Below are positions 1 to 10,891 of a stretch of DNA of 37,513 nucleotides, piece after piece (positions within the stretch are counted from its first letter, which is position 1; every line of letters starts with the position of its first letter). The stretch is from Chrysochromulina tobinii (Eukaryota): the NCBI GenBank assembly GCA_001275005.1, contig JWZX01002932.1:1-37513 (forward strand), written 5' to 3'. The notes beneath the pieces are model-generated. The model was not told the DNA's origin. It did no database searches and saw only the letters and a program-made list of their open reading frames with translations. The translations under genes were made by a program, and so were the position numbers.

Positions 1-194
1 GCAGGGACCGGGTTGTCGCGCTCACCAGGCTGCTTGTGTAGCTCTGATGAACAGCAATTCAAGTCAAACACGCGACCAAGTTTACGTGAATGTACAGTAC
101 AAGTACTCTATTCATTCACAACACACCAACACGCACAGACCAAACTCAAACCAAGCGTGAAGGTCGAACACCATATACTCTATTCATACCTACC

Positions 195-285
195 CCCGGG
201 ACACACACGGGACACGCGGACGCACAACGGCACACGGACCACCCAGACGAACCTCACAACCATCCAAACCCACCCACAACACACG
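195..285 (-). repeat. Dispersed non-coding repeat family, copy 1 (inverted relative to copy 2), flanked by 12-bp direct repeats TTCATACCTACC (183-194, 286-297)
   Basis: CCGGGACACACACGGGACACGCGGA...CAGACGAACCTCACAACCATCCAAACCCACC is the reverse complement, with a few mismatches, of 490-579. Identical 12-mers lie on both sides. Confidence 0.85.
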
Positions 286-433
286 TTCATACCTACCGGT
301 ACTGTTTCGCCCACCGCCTTCGAGCAGGCGCGGGGAGGCGCTCTGGGAGCGGGTGGAGGCAGGGTCGGGTTCGCTGGGGGTGGCCTCTTCTGAGTCGGCC
401 GCGGGGGCGGTCGACTCCGGGCCTGCGGCTCTT

Positions 434-607
434 GAGTCGGCCGCGGCAAGGGGCCGCAGCTTGTCGGTCGTCGCGCTGACGTGCGGGTTGTGTGTTGTTG
501 GTGGGTTTGGATGGTTGTGAGGTTCGTCTGTGCGGTCCGTGTGCCTCTGTGTGTCCGCGTGTCCCGTGTGTGTCCCGGCTCCCCCCGGTGTCTTTTTACC
601 GGTACTG
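434..607 (+). repeat. Dispersed non-coding repeat family, copy 2 (possible non-autonomous mobile element)
   Basis: Core GGATGGTTGTGAGGTTCGTC...CCCGTGTGTGTCCCGGCTCCCCCCGGTGTCTTTTTACCGGTA is also found at 23487-23647 and 37176-37405. Confidence 0.85.
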
Positions 608-1544
608 TAGAATTCATTATGAATACACACAACACGTACAACTGTGAAAACAAAACAAAACTCCCGAAGGGAGTCACATGCAGGCGGAGAGCTGAGAGAC
701 AGCCTACAATTCACACAAACAAACATTTAACCCCAGAGACATGTAACCAGATGGGCTCTTTTCACACGCGCCGCTGTACTGTGTGGTCCTGTTTTCAATT
801 CACAGTTTCACACACACACACACATCAACACGTACGAACGCAAGCGCTCACATGTGAAGAACAACTTCCACACGTTCACACTCAGGCTCGCGCGCCGGGT
901 AAATGAAGTTCTTTAATCTCCACTTCTCCAGCCTTGATCTACAGCGCGACTGAACATGTGTTGTGTGTGAGTCCGCCGCTGATCCGCTCGGTTATCCGCT
1001 AGGCGCCGCTCCGGCGCGCCTCGATGAGCAGTGGGTGTAGAACTGGTGCTAGATGAACACCTCGTACACTGCACCACTGCAGTCTTCTAGTTGTAAAAGC
1101 CGTGTACATGTTGCGCGTTCTGATGCGAAAAAGAACGTCCACCAACCACCAGTCCTGGACCCTGGCCAACATTTGCCATCCGATAAATCCCCTCCAAATA
1201 ATCCGAGAACCCAGCACATCATTAACCCCCCCTTGAAACCCCCCGACGCCCCGTGCCGTCTGCCCTTGAGGCATTGTAAAACTTGTAAGTGGCTACATGT
1301 AAGTGCCCTGTAGAGCTTCTGAGCCCCTGACCCTGAAATCGGTAGTTGACAGCATAATCCACCCCAAAGGACCCCCTGAGCGAGAGGGGCTGACTCAGCG
1401 TCCTAACAATTGTGCTTTATTAGGTAGGTGTCCGACTTCCGAAGCCAGTCGCCTGCCTGTCCAGGTCTAAAAATAAGTCCAGGACGAGGACGCGACGAGG
1501 ACGCGACAACCGCCCTGGACATCGTGTCCGAGAGTATCACGGCC

Positions 1545-4500
1545 ATGCAGACGACTCCGAGGTCGCCGAAGCAGACACCGAGACAAGGACAAGTTGACGC
1601 CACTGCGAAAGACGCAAAGGACTACGACATGCTGGATGTCAGACTGGACGACGACACGCTGGACACACCGTGCAAGCACGAGTTTTCAAAGGACGCCGAT
1701 GATCATGACAGCGAGCTCGAGCCCTCTCACGACCCGTCAGACGACGGCTTCACCTTCACAGCGGTCCTCGTCGGTGGCCTCAACATGTGGAGAGATGTCG
1801 TAAAACACCTGTGCGGCATCAAATTCCCCGTCTTTGTCGCGGTCTTGGGCTCCGTGCTGCTCGTTGCCTTCTCCGCCTTGCCCGGCGATATCTGCATTAC
1901 TCAGAACGTCGGCAAGGTAATCTCGACCATCTGTCTCATCAGCGAGTCGAATTGGGTCATGGCGCTCCACCTCTCGGTCTTGGGCACGGTTTTGGGCTCG
2001 GTATGTAGCCGGAGCATCATGCGCGGCCTCCAGCATCCGATCGCCCTCATCATGACAGCGCGCTTGCTGCCCGTGCGCGCTCGAGCGTACGCCTCGGGCT
2101 CGAGCCGATCGGGTGCCATCGGCGCTGCCGCGGCCGCGCCGAGCCCCGTGACCATCGGCTACGTGACCGATGTCGAGGGCGACCTTGGCTTCTGGCGGCG
2201 CTACTGCGCCATCTCCGAGGTGATCGACGACAGCGGCGGCCTCGACGAGCTGCGACTGCACCCGGGCTGCCACTTTGTCTTCGGCGGCGACTCGGTCGAC
2301 AAGAGCAGCGGCGACCTGCGCTTCCTGCGCTCGCTGCTCGCGCTGCGCCGGCGCCACCCGGACCGCGTCCACCTCGTGCTGGGGAACCGCGACATCAACA
2401 AGATGCGGCTGCTGGCCGAGCTCGATGAGAGCCGCGACAACTGGCTCGCCGCCTCCGAGCACCCGGGCGTCTACTGGCGCGCGGGCGGCGGACCGGAGGG
2501 TGGACCGTCCACGCCAGCCACATACCTGGCGGCCCTCACGGGATCGCGCGCAATGGATACAGTCGCGAATCGTCTGCGGTACATGCTCGCCGACAACATG
2601 GGCTCGCCGCGCGCCTTTGAATTTCGTAGGCAGGAGCTCGCCGCACTCGGTGTGAACGCCGCCGCCGTCGCAGTCGGTGGCGATGCGCCGAGTGCGAGGA
2701 CGGCGGCGGCGACGGCGGGGGCGACGGCGGGGACGGTGGGCGGTGGTGGTGGTGGTGCGGCGGCGGCAGTGGGCCACACGGGAGTTGGAACAGGCGCCAT
2801 AGTGAGTGACGAGGCCGTTCTCCAGTCTTACCTCGACTCGCTCCACAAGCCCGAAGGTACGAATGCACCCGAGTGCACCTGAGTGCACCTGAGTGCACGC
2901 ACCTGAGTGCACCTGACGACCTCAGATTGCGTGCCTCACATCAGGTCTGATGCGGCAGTACCTCGAGCACGCCGTGCTCGCGGTGCGATTAGGCTCGGTG
3001 GTCTTCGTACACGGCGGCATTCATCCAGAGGCCATCGGCGTCGTGCCAGGGCGAAGTGCGATCTCCCTTGATTGCCCGTGATTGCCAGTGATTGTCCTTG
3101 ATTGCAAATGATGGCCCCGTTCATCCAGAGGCCATCGGCGTAATGCCTGGGCGAGGTGCGCCGCTGGCCGATGGAGCTGCTCTGCCCAGCATGCATGTGC
3201 TCACTACGACGCGCACTCTCCCCACAGGTGCGCCGGTGGCCGACATCGACGAATGGCTCGCTGCTCTAAATGCCTTTGCTCGCAAGGAGGTGAACGCATG
3301 GAGTGCGGACGTGGATGAGGTCGCAAGGACTGGCAAGGGGGCCGAGTGGGCAGGGCGACACGATCGCACCGGCTTTGGGTTCTTTGATCGACCAGGTGGG
3401 CTGAAGGCCACTGATGGCCACTGATGGCCTCTGATGGCCTCTGATGGCCTCTGATGGCGCCTACCGCATGTCTGAGCACGCACATGCTCACTACGACGCC
3501 CACGTCTCCTTCCCCACAGGTGGGAGGCTCCTCGCCTACGGCATGGATACGCAGCCCGACTTGACGAAATCGCCAACGGTCGTGTGCTCCTCGTACCTGG
3601 TGAATGGGCACCCGCACCGTCCGGCGGCGCGGGCGGTGGAGCGGTTGGCAGAGGCAGGGGTGCGTGCAGTCGTGGTGGGCCACCAACCCCACGGCGACGC
3701 GCCCGTTGTCATCCGATGCCCGATTAGGAAGGCGCAGGCAGCAGAGGAGCCCGCAGGGCAGTCCGCAGTGAAGTTCGCAGAGGAGTCCGCAGTGAAGTTC
3801 GCAGAGGAGTCCGCAGGGAAGTCTGCAGAGGCGGCTGCAGATGAGGATGCATTCCTCGTGATCACTGCGGACTCGTCGTTCAGTTCCTCTGTGGAATGGG
3901 AACCGCCCTCGTCCTCTCTGCCGCCGCCCTCGCCGCCCTCGCCGCCGCCCTTGCCGCCCACCACCGTGCCCACAGCGGCGCTATCGCCGCCGTCCACAGT
4001 GACGCCCAAGACGGCGCCCAGTTTCGGTCCGCCTCGCGGGCCATCACCGCCCCAATCCGAGGACCCCCGAGGTATGCATGTGCTCATCACGACGCTCTCT
4101 CTCCTCACAGGCCGGCCTCGCGGCCCATCACCGCCCCAATCCGACGACCCTCGAGGCATGGCAGTCGTCGAGGTGCTGCTTAGGGTTGCCTTGGATGGCG
4201 GCGGCGACCAGGACGGCGCCCAAGGTGCCGCCTTGCACCGCCAGCGCCACCAAAGCTGCCGCCACCACACCACCACCCGCACCGCCAGCGCCAGCGTCAG
4301 TGCCATTTGTGCACATGGGAGTGCTCACCACGGCGCCACCACTCCCCACAGGTATGCCATTTGTGCGCGTGCACGGTGTCCTATCGGATGGTCGTCGACT
4401 CGATTGCGTTGTCAGCGACGCCCCTACCGCCGCGGAGGCCTTCGATGGCACCATCCTTGTCGGCTCCGAGGCCGATGCAGCGACGGGGGCGGCGGCGGAG

Positions 4501-4728
4501 GCGGCGGCTGCAGCGGTCGATGCGAATGCGACGGACGCTTCTGCTCCAGCGGAGGCATGCGCCGTGTTGAGCACGGATGGCTGCTCGGCGCACGTGCACG
4601 TGGGGTGTGAGGTGGAGGGCGGCCGTTGGTGGATCAAGGCGAGGCTCGAGGACGGCGCGTGGCTGCTCTCGCGAGGGGAGGGATACAAGGTGCAGAACGC
4701 TGTGGCGGGTGGTAGTAGTTTAATATAA
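1545..4728 (+). CDS. Calcineurin-like metallophosphoesterase family protein, multi-exon, with hydrophobic N-terminal segments
   Basis: Motifs in order: YVTDVEG, FVFGGDSVDK, LVLGNRDINKMR, VFVHGG (exon after 2944) and VVVGHQPHGD. Frame-consistent GT-AG introns are 2857-2944, 3056-3227 (or 3031-3130 plus 3156-3227), 3396-3519, 4027/4072-4110 and 4225-4351. Stop is TAA 4726-4728. The start codon is uncertain. Confidence 0.8.
2857..2944 (+). other. Spliceosomal intron with 10-bp minisatellite (GAGTGCACCT)n
   Basis: GAAG|GTACGA...CACATCAG|GTCTG; splicing restores PEGLMRQYLEH...VFVHGG. Confidence 0.85.
3056..3227 (+). other. Intron (or two adjacent introns) containing a (TGATTG..)n minisatellite, a duplicated exon segment and the shared 3' cassette
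   Basis: GT donors at 3056 and 3156, acceptor CCCCACAG at 3227. 3020-3060 is duplicated at 3120-3160 (37/41 identical). Confidence 0.7.
3396..3519 (+). other. Intron with (CTGATGGCCT)n minisatellite and shared 3' cassette
   Basis: CCAG|GTGGG...CCCCACAG|GTGGG; the spliced product reads DRPGGRLLAYGM. Confidence 0.85.
4027..4110 (+). other. Probable in-frame intron (84 nt; alternative 39-nt form 4072-4110) with shared 3' cassette
   Basis: 4027-4076 duplicates 4111-4160 (44/50 identical). The segment ends GTGCTCATCACGACGCTCTCTCTCCTCACAG. Confidence 0.6.
4225..4351 (+). other. Intron with shared 3' cassette
   Basis: CAAG|GTGCCG...GTGCTCACCACGGCGCCACCACTCCCCACAG|GTATG. The 127-nt removal joins ORF 3444-4610 to ORF 4078-4728 in frame. 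The donor is uncertain. Confidence 0.65.
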
Positions 4729-4948
4729 ATGTGATGTAGTTTCTTCCCTTGCTAACGCATTCGGATATTTGTGGCACACTGCTGCGTGCGTGGGAGTTGG
4801 GTTCTGAGCCTTCCCCCCACGGAGTATACATCGTACTTCCAAATACGATGTATTCACACAAAGTTGTTCACAACCTTCACAAATCCCGAGCTGTCTCGTG
4901 TGAGTTTCCGTCTGGTCAAGGGGATAAGGGCCGACCACGTCCTTGAGG

Positions 4949-5788
4949 ATGAAGAGGACACTTTTGATGCTCTGCGCAACCGTGCACGGGTCCAATGTCG
5001 ATCTGCCACTTCTCGATGGCGCTCTGGCCGCCATTGCAGCCGCCAGAAATGCACTCACCGCTGCTGCAGAGGAGACCGCCGTTCGACGCATCCTACAGGG
5101 AGATGAACACCTGCTGCTACTGGCCAAGCACTTTGGCTACATGCCGAGCTTTGCACAGCTTCTCAACAATGCGGTGGGTCATCAGTCGGCGACTACGGTT
5201 GAGCCGTCGCTGGCGGCAGCGGCAGCTGGGGTGAAGCCGTCGCCGTCGCCGGTCAACGTGCTCACCTTGCGACGCAGTGTCAAGGAGTACGACTCTCGAC
5301 CAGTCCCGCCAGACAGCATCCGCCGAGCGCTCGATGCGGCGATCTTGGCCCCCAACCACTTCCTTACGGAGCCGTGGCGCTTTTACGAGCTCGGGCCGAC
5401 TGCGCGCCAGGCCGTTGGCGCACTGAACCCGGCAAAGCAAGAGGTCTTTGCCAAGGTACCCGGCTGGATGATGGTCACGGTCGCTGCGTCTGAGTACGCC
5501 GCGGACGGCAGTCTGAGCACTAAGAAAGGCCTCGAGGACCATGCGGCCACCGCCTGTGCCGTACAAAACTTCATGCTCTCACTGGCCGCTGAAGGCCTGG
5601 GCACGAAGTGGATGACGGGAGCTCTCGGCATTGTGCCTGAGAAGCTGATGGATCTGGCAGGTGTGAACGCGACGGCAGAGCGTTTCATGGGGATGGTGTG
5701 GTACGGCTACCCGCAGACGCAGCTGGAGAGTCTCACGGCACCTGCTCGCAAGCTGGGCGTCGAGGGCGTCTATAAGGTGCTCGCATGA
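4949..5788 (+). CDS. Nitroreductase family protein (YdjA/YfhC-like) with N-terminal extension, possibly a targeting peptide
   Basis: RRSVKEY, ALDAAILAPNHFLTEPWRF, EDHAATACAVQNFMLSLAAEGLGTKWMTG and GMVWYGYP are nitroreductase-fold motifs. Single exon. Confidence 0.88.
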   Translation: MKRTLLMLCATVHGSNVDLPLLDGALAAIAAARNALTAAAEETAVRRILQGDEHLLLLAKHFGYMPSFAQLLNNAVGHQSATTVEPSLAAAAAGVKPSPSPVNVLTLRRSVKEYDSRPVPPDSIRRALDAAILAPNHFLTEPWRFYELGPTARQAVGALNPAKQEVFAKVPGWMMVTVAASEYAADGSLSTKKGLEDHAATACAVQNFMLSLAAEGLGTKWMTGALGIVPEKLMDLAGVNATAERFMGMVWYGYPQTQLESLTAPARKLGVEGVYKVLA

Positions 5789-5933
5789 GTGTTCGTATTT
5801 GGTCGCCGAGACAGGAGAAACAGAAAGCGATGGCCAATGGCAATGCGTCGCTATAACTCCGTATGATGGACATAAGGTGTTGGCAACTGTGCCAGACTGT
5901 AATTAGTTTGTCACTCTAAAGAGATATATGAAT

Positions 5934-8900
5934 TCAAGAGGGGGGCGCAATGCTCACGCTTGTCGACCCGCCAGGGCTCAGTCGCACCACGTGACTGGTG
6001 CCCAGCAACCCTCGGCGGGCACATCCGATTGCGGCGGAAGTCCCAAGACAAGAAACGTGCATACGGCCCGCACTGACGGCTGGCGGGAACACCCGCTCTG
6101 AACGTAGAAAGAGCGTTGCCTCGGAGGATGGTGCAGCTTCGTGTCGCAGCAGCGCGAGCTTCACGGTGTTGGTGGAGCCCTCAAACGTGAGCTGCTCGAT
6201 CATCGCACCCTCGACGCTGATCGTGAGCCCAAGTCGCGCGATGTATGCGCGCCGACGGAGTGCGTCGCGGGGCGCAATCGTGACCCGACCACCACACACA
6301 TCCGAGACGCTCGCCTGGCTCTTCAGCGCCATCGGCCTGTGGCGAGCCGACTATGTCGCACAGCATGCACTCCCATCCACGCCACACCGAGCAGTCGAGG
6401 TATGCTGCGGCCGAGCGCCAGTAGCCGTACAAGCCAATGCCGTAGTCGCCCGAGTAGGCGTCACGCCGAAGCAACGAGGGGTCGCCATGCCACGCCATCG
6501 AGGCAGCTCCGGACGGATGGATGTTGGAGAGATGGCCGAGTAACGCCGCAGCACCCAGTCGTAGCAGATGCCCCCGCCCCGGGTAAGCGCGGTATGCGTC
6601 GAGGACCGCCACCGCGCTCAGCGTGCTTCCGTAGTGATGAAATTCACGCTCGTTGCCGAGGGAAGTCTTGCCATTGATCACATAGTCCCAATACCGCCGC
6701 GCTGAGCCTGAGTACGCCCAATGCGGGAGCACCGCCATGTACGCGAGCACAGCATCGACTGTCTTGTTTGCGGCCGCGTGATGGCCCTCACGGAGCAGCC
6801 AGGTGTGGATCTCTTCGTGCCCGGTCGAGTCCCAGGGGAACTCCGAGCCGTACGGGAACTCCATCGCCATCCACTTGCGCATCCGTGCTCCTCTCAAGTT
6901 GCGCATCTGGACCACAGCTGCCCTGAGCTCGCTCGCATTGGCCGTCTGTGCAGAGTCGGCAGCATGAGTTCCTTTAGGGCCGGCGGCACTTTTCGCCACA
7001 GTCCAAACGTCTGCGGCTGGCTGCCTCTCAGCTGCTTCGAGCTCGCGCTCCAGATCGGCGAGCAATCGCTCGAAGACGGAGCCCACCATCAGACCCCATT
7101 GTGAGGTGCCGCTGCCCTTTCCGCCGTGCACCCACATGGCCGCTGCCGTCCTCGCCGCCTGCAGCAGGTACCAGTGCCAGCTCGCGCGCGAGGCAAGCGG
7201 CGGCGAGAAGTGCCTCGCGAGCCGGTAGAGTGCCCAATAGACAGCAGTCACGTGCGGGTAGTTGTACGCGCGCCAGGTCTCCAGTGACCGATTCTCACTC
7301 CAGCACACCATCCAGTTGCAGCAGTTGGTCTTCTTGGCACACGCAGTCCAGCACTTGAGGCACTCGGCCGTCAGCGCCGGCGCGGCCGCACGCGCCCTCT
7401 CGGGCGCCGCCTGAAATTCGTCACTCCAGTAGACCATCGAGGCGCGCACTGCATAGTCTCGGCCCTGCAGAAACTGACGCCTGTCTCCATGCTCAGGCGT
7501 CCAAAGCGTCTCGTGCACGTACGCCTCGAGTTGCGCCACCTCCGAGGCCACGGGCGCCCCGAGCTGCTTGATGGCCATCGCGAGCGGAGCCGCTGCGCCT
7601 GCTTCGTCGGAGAGCCCATCCATAAAGATTCGAGGCTCGTCTAGGAGCGCTCCCGCGCCCACGCCCTCCCCTGATCGGTCGGCATCACTCCCCATGAAGG
7701 CGGGTGCGCGGTGCCAAGGGTCGGGCTTACCTGCCGGAAGCCAAGCCTGTCGACTGCCGTACGCGCCGTGCCGCTGCAGGAGCGAGCGTGCGTGCTCGAG
7801 GATGATCAAGTGCACAGTCTGCACGAGCGAGGGCGTGTGACGGCACCAGCCTGGCGACCCGAGGGCCGCGCTGTGATCACAGCCCTTTGCGTAGCGCAGC
7901 GTGAGCCTACAACGCCCAACGGCTTCGCGCAGCTTCAGAGTGATGACCTGCAACCGATGCCCCGACTCCCTCGTTGTCCCGTCGCATCCAACCCGCAGCG
8001 CGTCGTCGCCGCTGCCCATGTCAGCGCAGGAGATGAGGCGAGGGGCTTCCACGACGAAGTCGAGCGCCGACGGTGGGTCGGCACTGATGTTTACGAGAGC
8101 GAGCCAACTTCCCGACGGCAGCGATGGCAGCAGGACCTCAACTCGCGCCTGCATGCCCACGTGAAGCGAGGCAGCGGGCAGAGGAGTGGCGACGGGCATG
8201 CCGGCACCCACCAGCGCAGCAGGCACGTGGTCAACGGAAGCCGCAAGACGAAGCCGTACGCCATACGTAGCTGTTGCGCCGGGTAGCAAGGTGGCCTGGG
8301 TCGGAATGTTCCATGGATCTGGCTTGACCCCTCGATAATTCCACTCCTCTTGCGCATACGCTTTCGAGTGGAACACGATCTCGTAGAGTGCCTCGAACAT
8401 CCACCCCTTGCTGTCTCGCGACTCATCCTTCCGAAGTGGACGCCACGCCTCGAAGCCGGCAGCCTCTGGAGCGCCGTCACGGGCAGCCTCTGGCGCGCCG
8501 TCGCGGGCAGCCTCTGGAGCGCCATCCGCCGCGACGGCGCCGCGCGGCTGCGAAGACGGAAGCACGAGCAGGACTGGCCCACGACCGTTGGCACGTGTCA
8601 CCTGAACGTAGCCTGCGCCTGCCCCGAGGTACACCTCGGTGAAGCTGCAGTTGGCCGCCACATTGGCGAGGTGGCGCCCCGTGAACAGCTGGTTGAACGG
8701 CATCGAGAAGCCGAGCCCGCCGATCTGGAGCGCGAGATCGGCCGTATTTCGGAGGGACCAGCTGATGGACGCCTCGTCGCCCTTGGACGCGACGAGACGT
8801 GTGACGCGCAAGCCCGAGCCTCTGAGCACGTGCACTCGCGCAGCAGGACGTAACCCAGTGAGTGCAAAGGGGTACCATGAATGAATTCGTGCATCAGAGA

Positions 8901-9985
8901 CTGGCAGCATTGATGTTGAGAGGAGGGAGAGAGGAGGGAGGGATCTGCGTGTGGCACTGGAACGCGCACCGAGGCCGGAGCTGCGTGGTCACATCCATCG
9001 AAGCCGACGACCCATCACGAGACGCCACCAGCCCGCCGTCTGCGCCCGAGTCGGCGGGGTGAGGGGCGCTCGCCACGACCGTCGAAAAGCTAGTGTACCG
9101 AGCCTCGAGCGCGGCGGCGTCGGAGCGCGGCGCCGTTGGATCCATTGTTGGATCCAAGCGGCGCACGCGAATCGTCAGGTCTCCGAGGTGCTGGAAGCCG
9201 GGCGTGGAGCGATCGAGCGGCTGCGCCACGTTGCCCGAGCCCGACCAGTGTAGCTTGACGGACGGTTCGCGTAACGGGATAGTGTACGAGAAGCCTGATG
9301 TGGCGGCAGGGGTGACGACTTCGACCGTCCCGAGATCCGTTCGAAGTCCGATCAGGAAGGCGTCGCCGCGCCGCCCGCCCAGAGGCAGCAGCGATGAGCG
9401 AGTGAGTGCGGCACGATCGATGGCGAGGCCAGGGTCGAGCGCAGCCATTGGTGGCTCTGGTGGCTCGGGCGGCGGCGACGAACGTGGCGGTGGCGGCGGC
9501 GGAGGTGGCGGCGGCGGCGGCGGCGAGGCTCGCAGACGAGCGACGGTCTCGGCGACGCACGCGCTCAAAAGGCAAGCAGCCTCAGAGTCGATCCGCTGCA
9601 ACTGGTACGCGGCGCCACCATCGCCGACCTTTGCAAAGTGGTCCATCGTGATCTTCGGCTCGCTTGGAAGTGCCTCGACCATCGAGAAGTCGAGCGCACG
9701 CAGCTTGCACCCAGAGGTAGGGAATCGGATCCACGCCCGCATGCCTGCATCATCGATCCTCCAAACAGAGCCCCACTTTGAAACGAGGCATCCGGCACTG
9801 GCGATGGCTGCTGGTGGTGAATCAACGGCTGCAGCAACCGTGCTTATTGGAGGCGGTGGCGGAGCTGTGACTCGGGCTTGCTCGTTTGTGGCCGATTGGA
9901 GCATTTGAGTAGCCGGCTTCAACACATTCGCCCACAGCACGGCGGCGCCGACGATCAGCAACAGCACAAAGTGCCGGTTCCGCAT
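5934..9985 (-). CDS. DUF5695 family (putative glycoside hydrolase) with N-terminal signal anchor and Pro-rich stem; one intron and one apparent frameshift
   Basis: Motifs HLGDLTIR, IGGLGFSMPFN, GYVQVTRANGRGPVLLV, WRAYNYPHV, FPYGSEFPWDSTGHEE, PHWAYSGSARRYWD, EREFHHYGS and DAYSGDYG. Intron 8822-8969 joins ORFs 8894-9997 and 6181-8910 in frame. The C-terminal VTIAPRDALRRRAYIARLGL lies in a shifted frame (5934-6332). Confidence 0.8.
8822..8969 (-). other. Spliceosomal intron (148 nt)
   Basis: CCTCG|GTGCGC...GTGCTCAG|AGGC; the phase-2 junction gives LRPRGSGLRVTR. Confidence 0.7.
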
Positions 9986-10278
9986 TGTGAAACTCACGGA
10001 TGTGCAGGCAATCCGCCGGCCAACCGTCGGCCCTCTCGGCGTTCGGAAAAGAGGGCCGTCGGCCCTCTATGGGAAGCGCGCGGGATCGGTGTGAACAACC
10101 AAATTTGGAAACCGAAAAAACAATGCCAATCCGTCGCACAATAGTTCGAGCGCGGACGTGTGCGGACGTGTGCTTGTCGGTGTGCTCACGGCAGCGCCGT
10201 TACGTAAGTTTCGCCGAGAAGTGCGTTCCGCTAACACGTCGGCTCTCAAGATCGCGCTGACGGGAACGCAAGGCGAGG

Positions 10279-10736
10279 ATGGGCTGCGGCGCCTCCCATG
10301 AAGGACGACTTTCGCAATCGTTCCCCCCGATCCGGAGAGCGTCAAATCATTCAAAAGTAGTAGGGCCCCAAGTAGGGGAACCTCATCGTGCCGCCACTGG
10401 AATCCTCGTGGTAGAGTACGAGTTCAGCGAGGAGGATTGGGAGGATTTGACAGTTTACGAGGCCGGTGCGTCAGGCCCCTCTGCATTCGAGGCCGTACCC
10501 ACATGCATCTCATCTGTTGCACTGTCCCCCTCTCTCGCACAGGTATGGCCAGGGCTCGAGCAGCGGAAAATGCAAGGCAGCTAGGAGCGCTGAAATCAGC
10601 GCTGAAGTCGCCATCGTATGAGCTCACCAGCCATGCACACCGTTCGATTGAGCTCTCTATGACCGCATCTGGGACGGACAGCAGACCAGTGCTCTTAAAA
10701 CTATTGGCGACCAAGGGGCGCGCGACCAAGAGGTAG
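10279..10736 (+). CDS. Small hypothetical protein with N-terminal MGCGAS dual-acylation motif; intron 10466-10542
   Basis: ATG GGC TGC GGC GCC TCC start. The intron GCCG|GTGCGT...CTCTCGCACAG|GTATG joins ORF 10279-10584 to ORF 10437-10736 in frame. Confidence 0.6.
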
Positions 10737-10891
10737 CGACCAAGGCGCGCGTAGGGGTAGACTTTTCTCGACGGGGCTTTGCGGCTATCACTTGTACACT
10801 CAACATTGCATCTTTAACTCACACTGTACACCTTAGAGTATTCGTATTCTACTAGAGTTGTTGTAACGCATGCTAAGCATCTTGACCCGAT

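Noticed and set aside
13..1313. Short ORFs on both strands at the window start
   Set aside because: They overlap the non-coding repeat and AC-rich low-complexity DNA, with no domain motifs.
3020..4372. Repeat-spacer pattern of the cassette as a CRISPR-like array
   Set aside because: Eukaryotic context, irregular spacing, degenerate copies ending at splice acceptors, and no cas genes.
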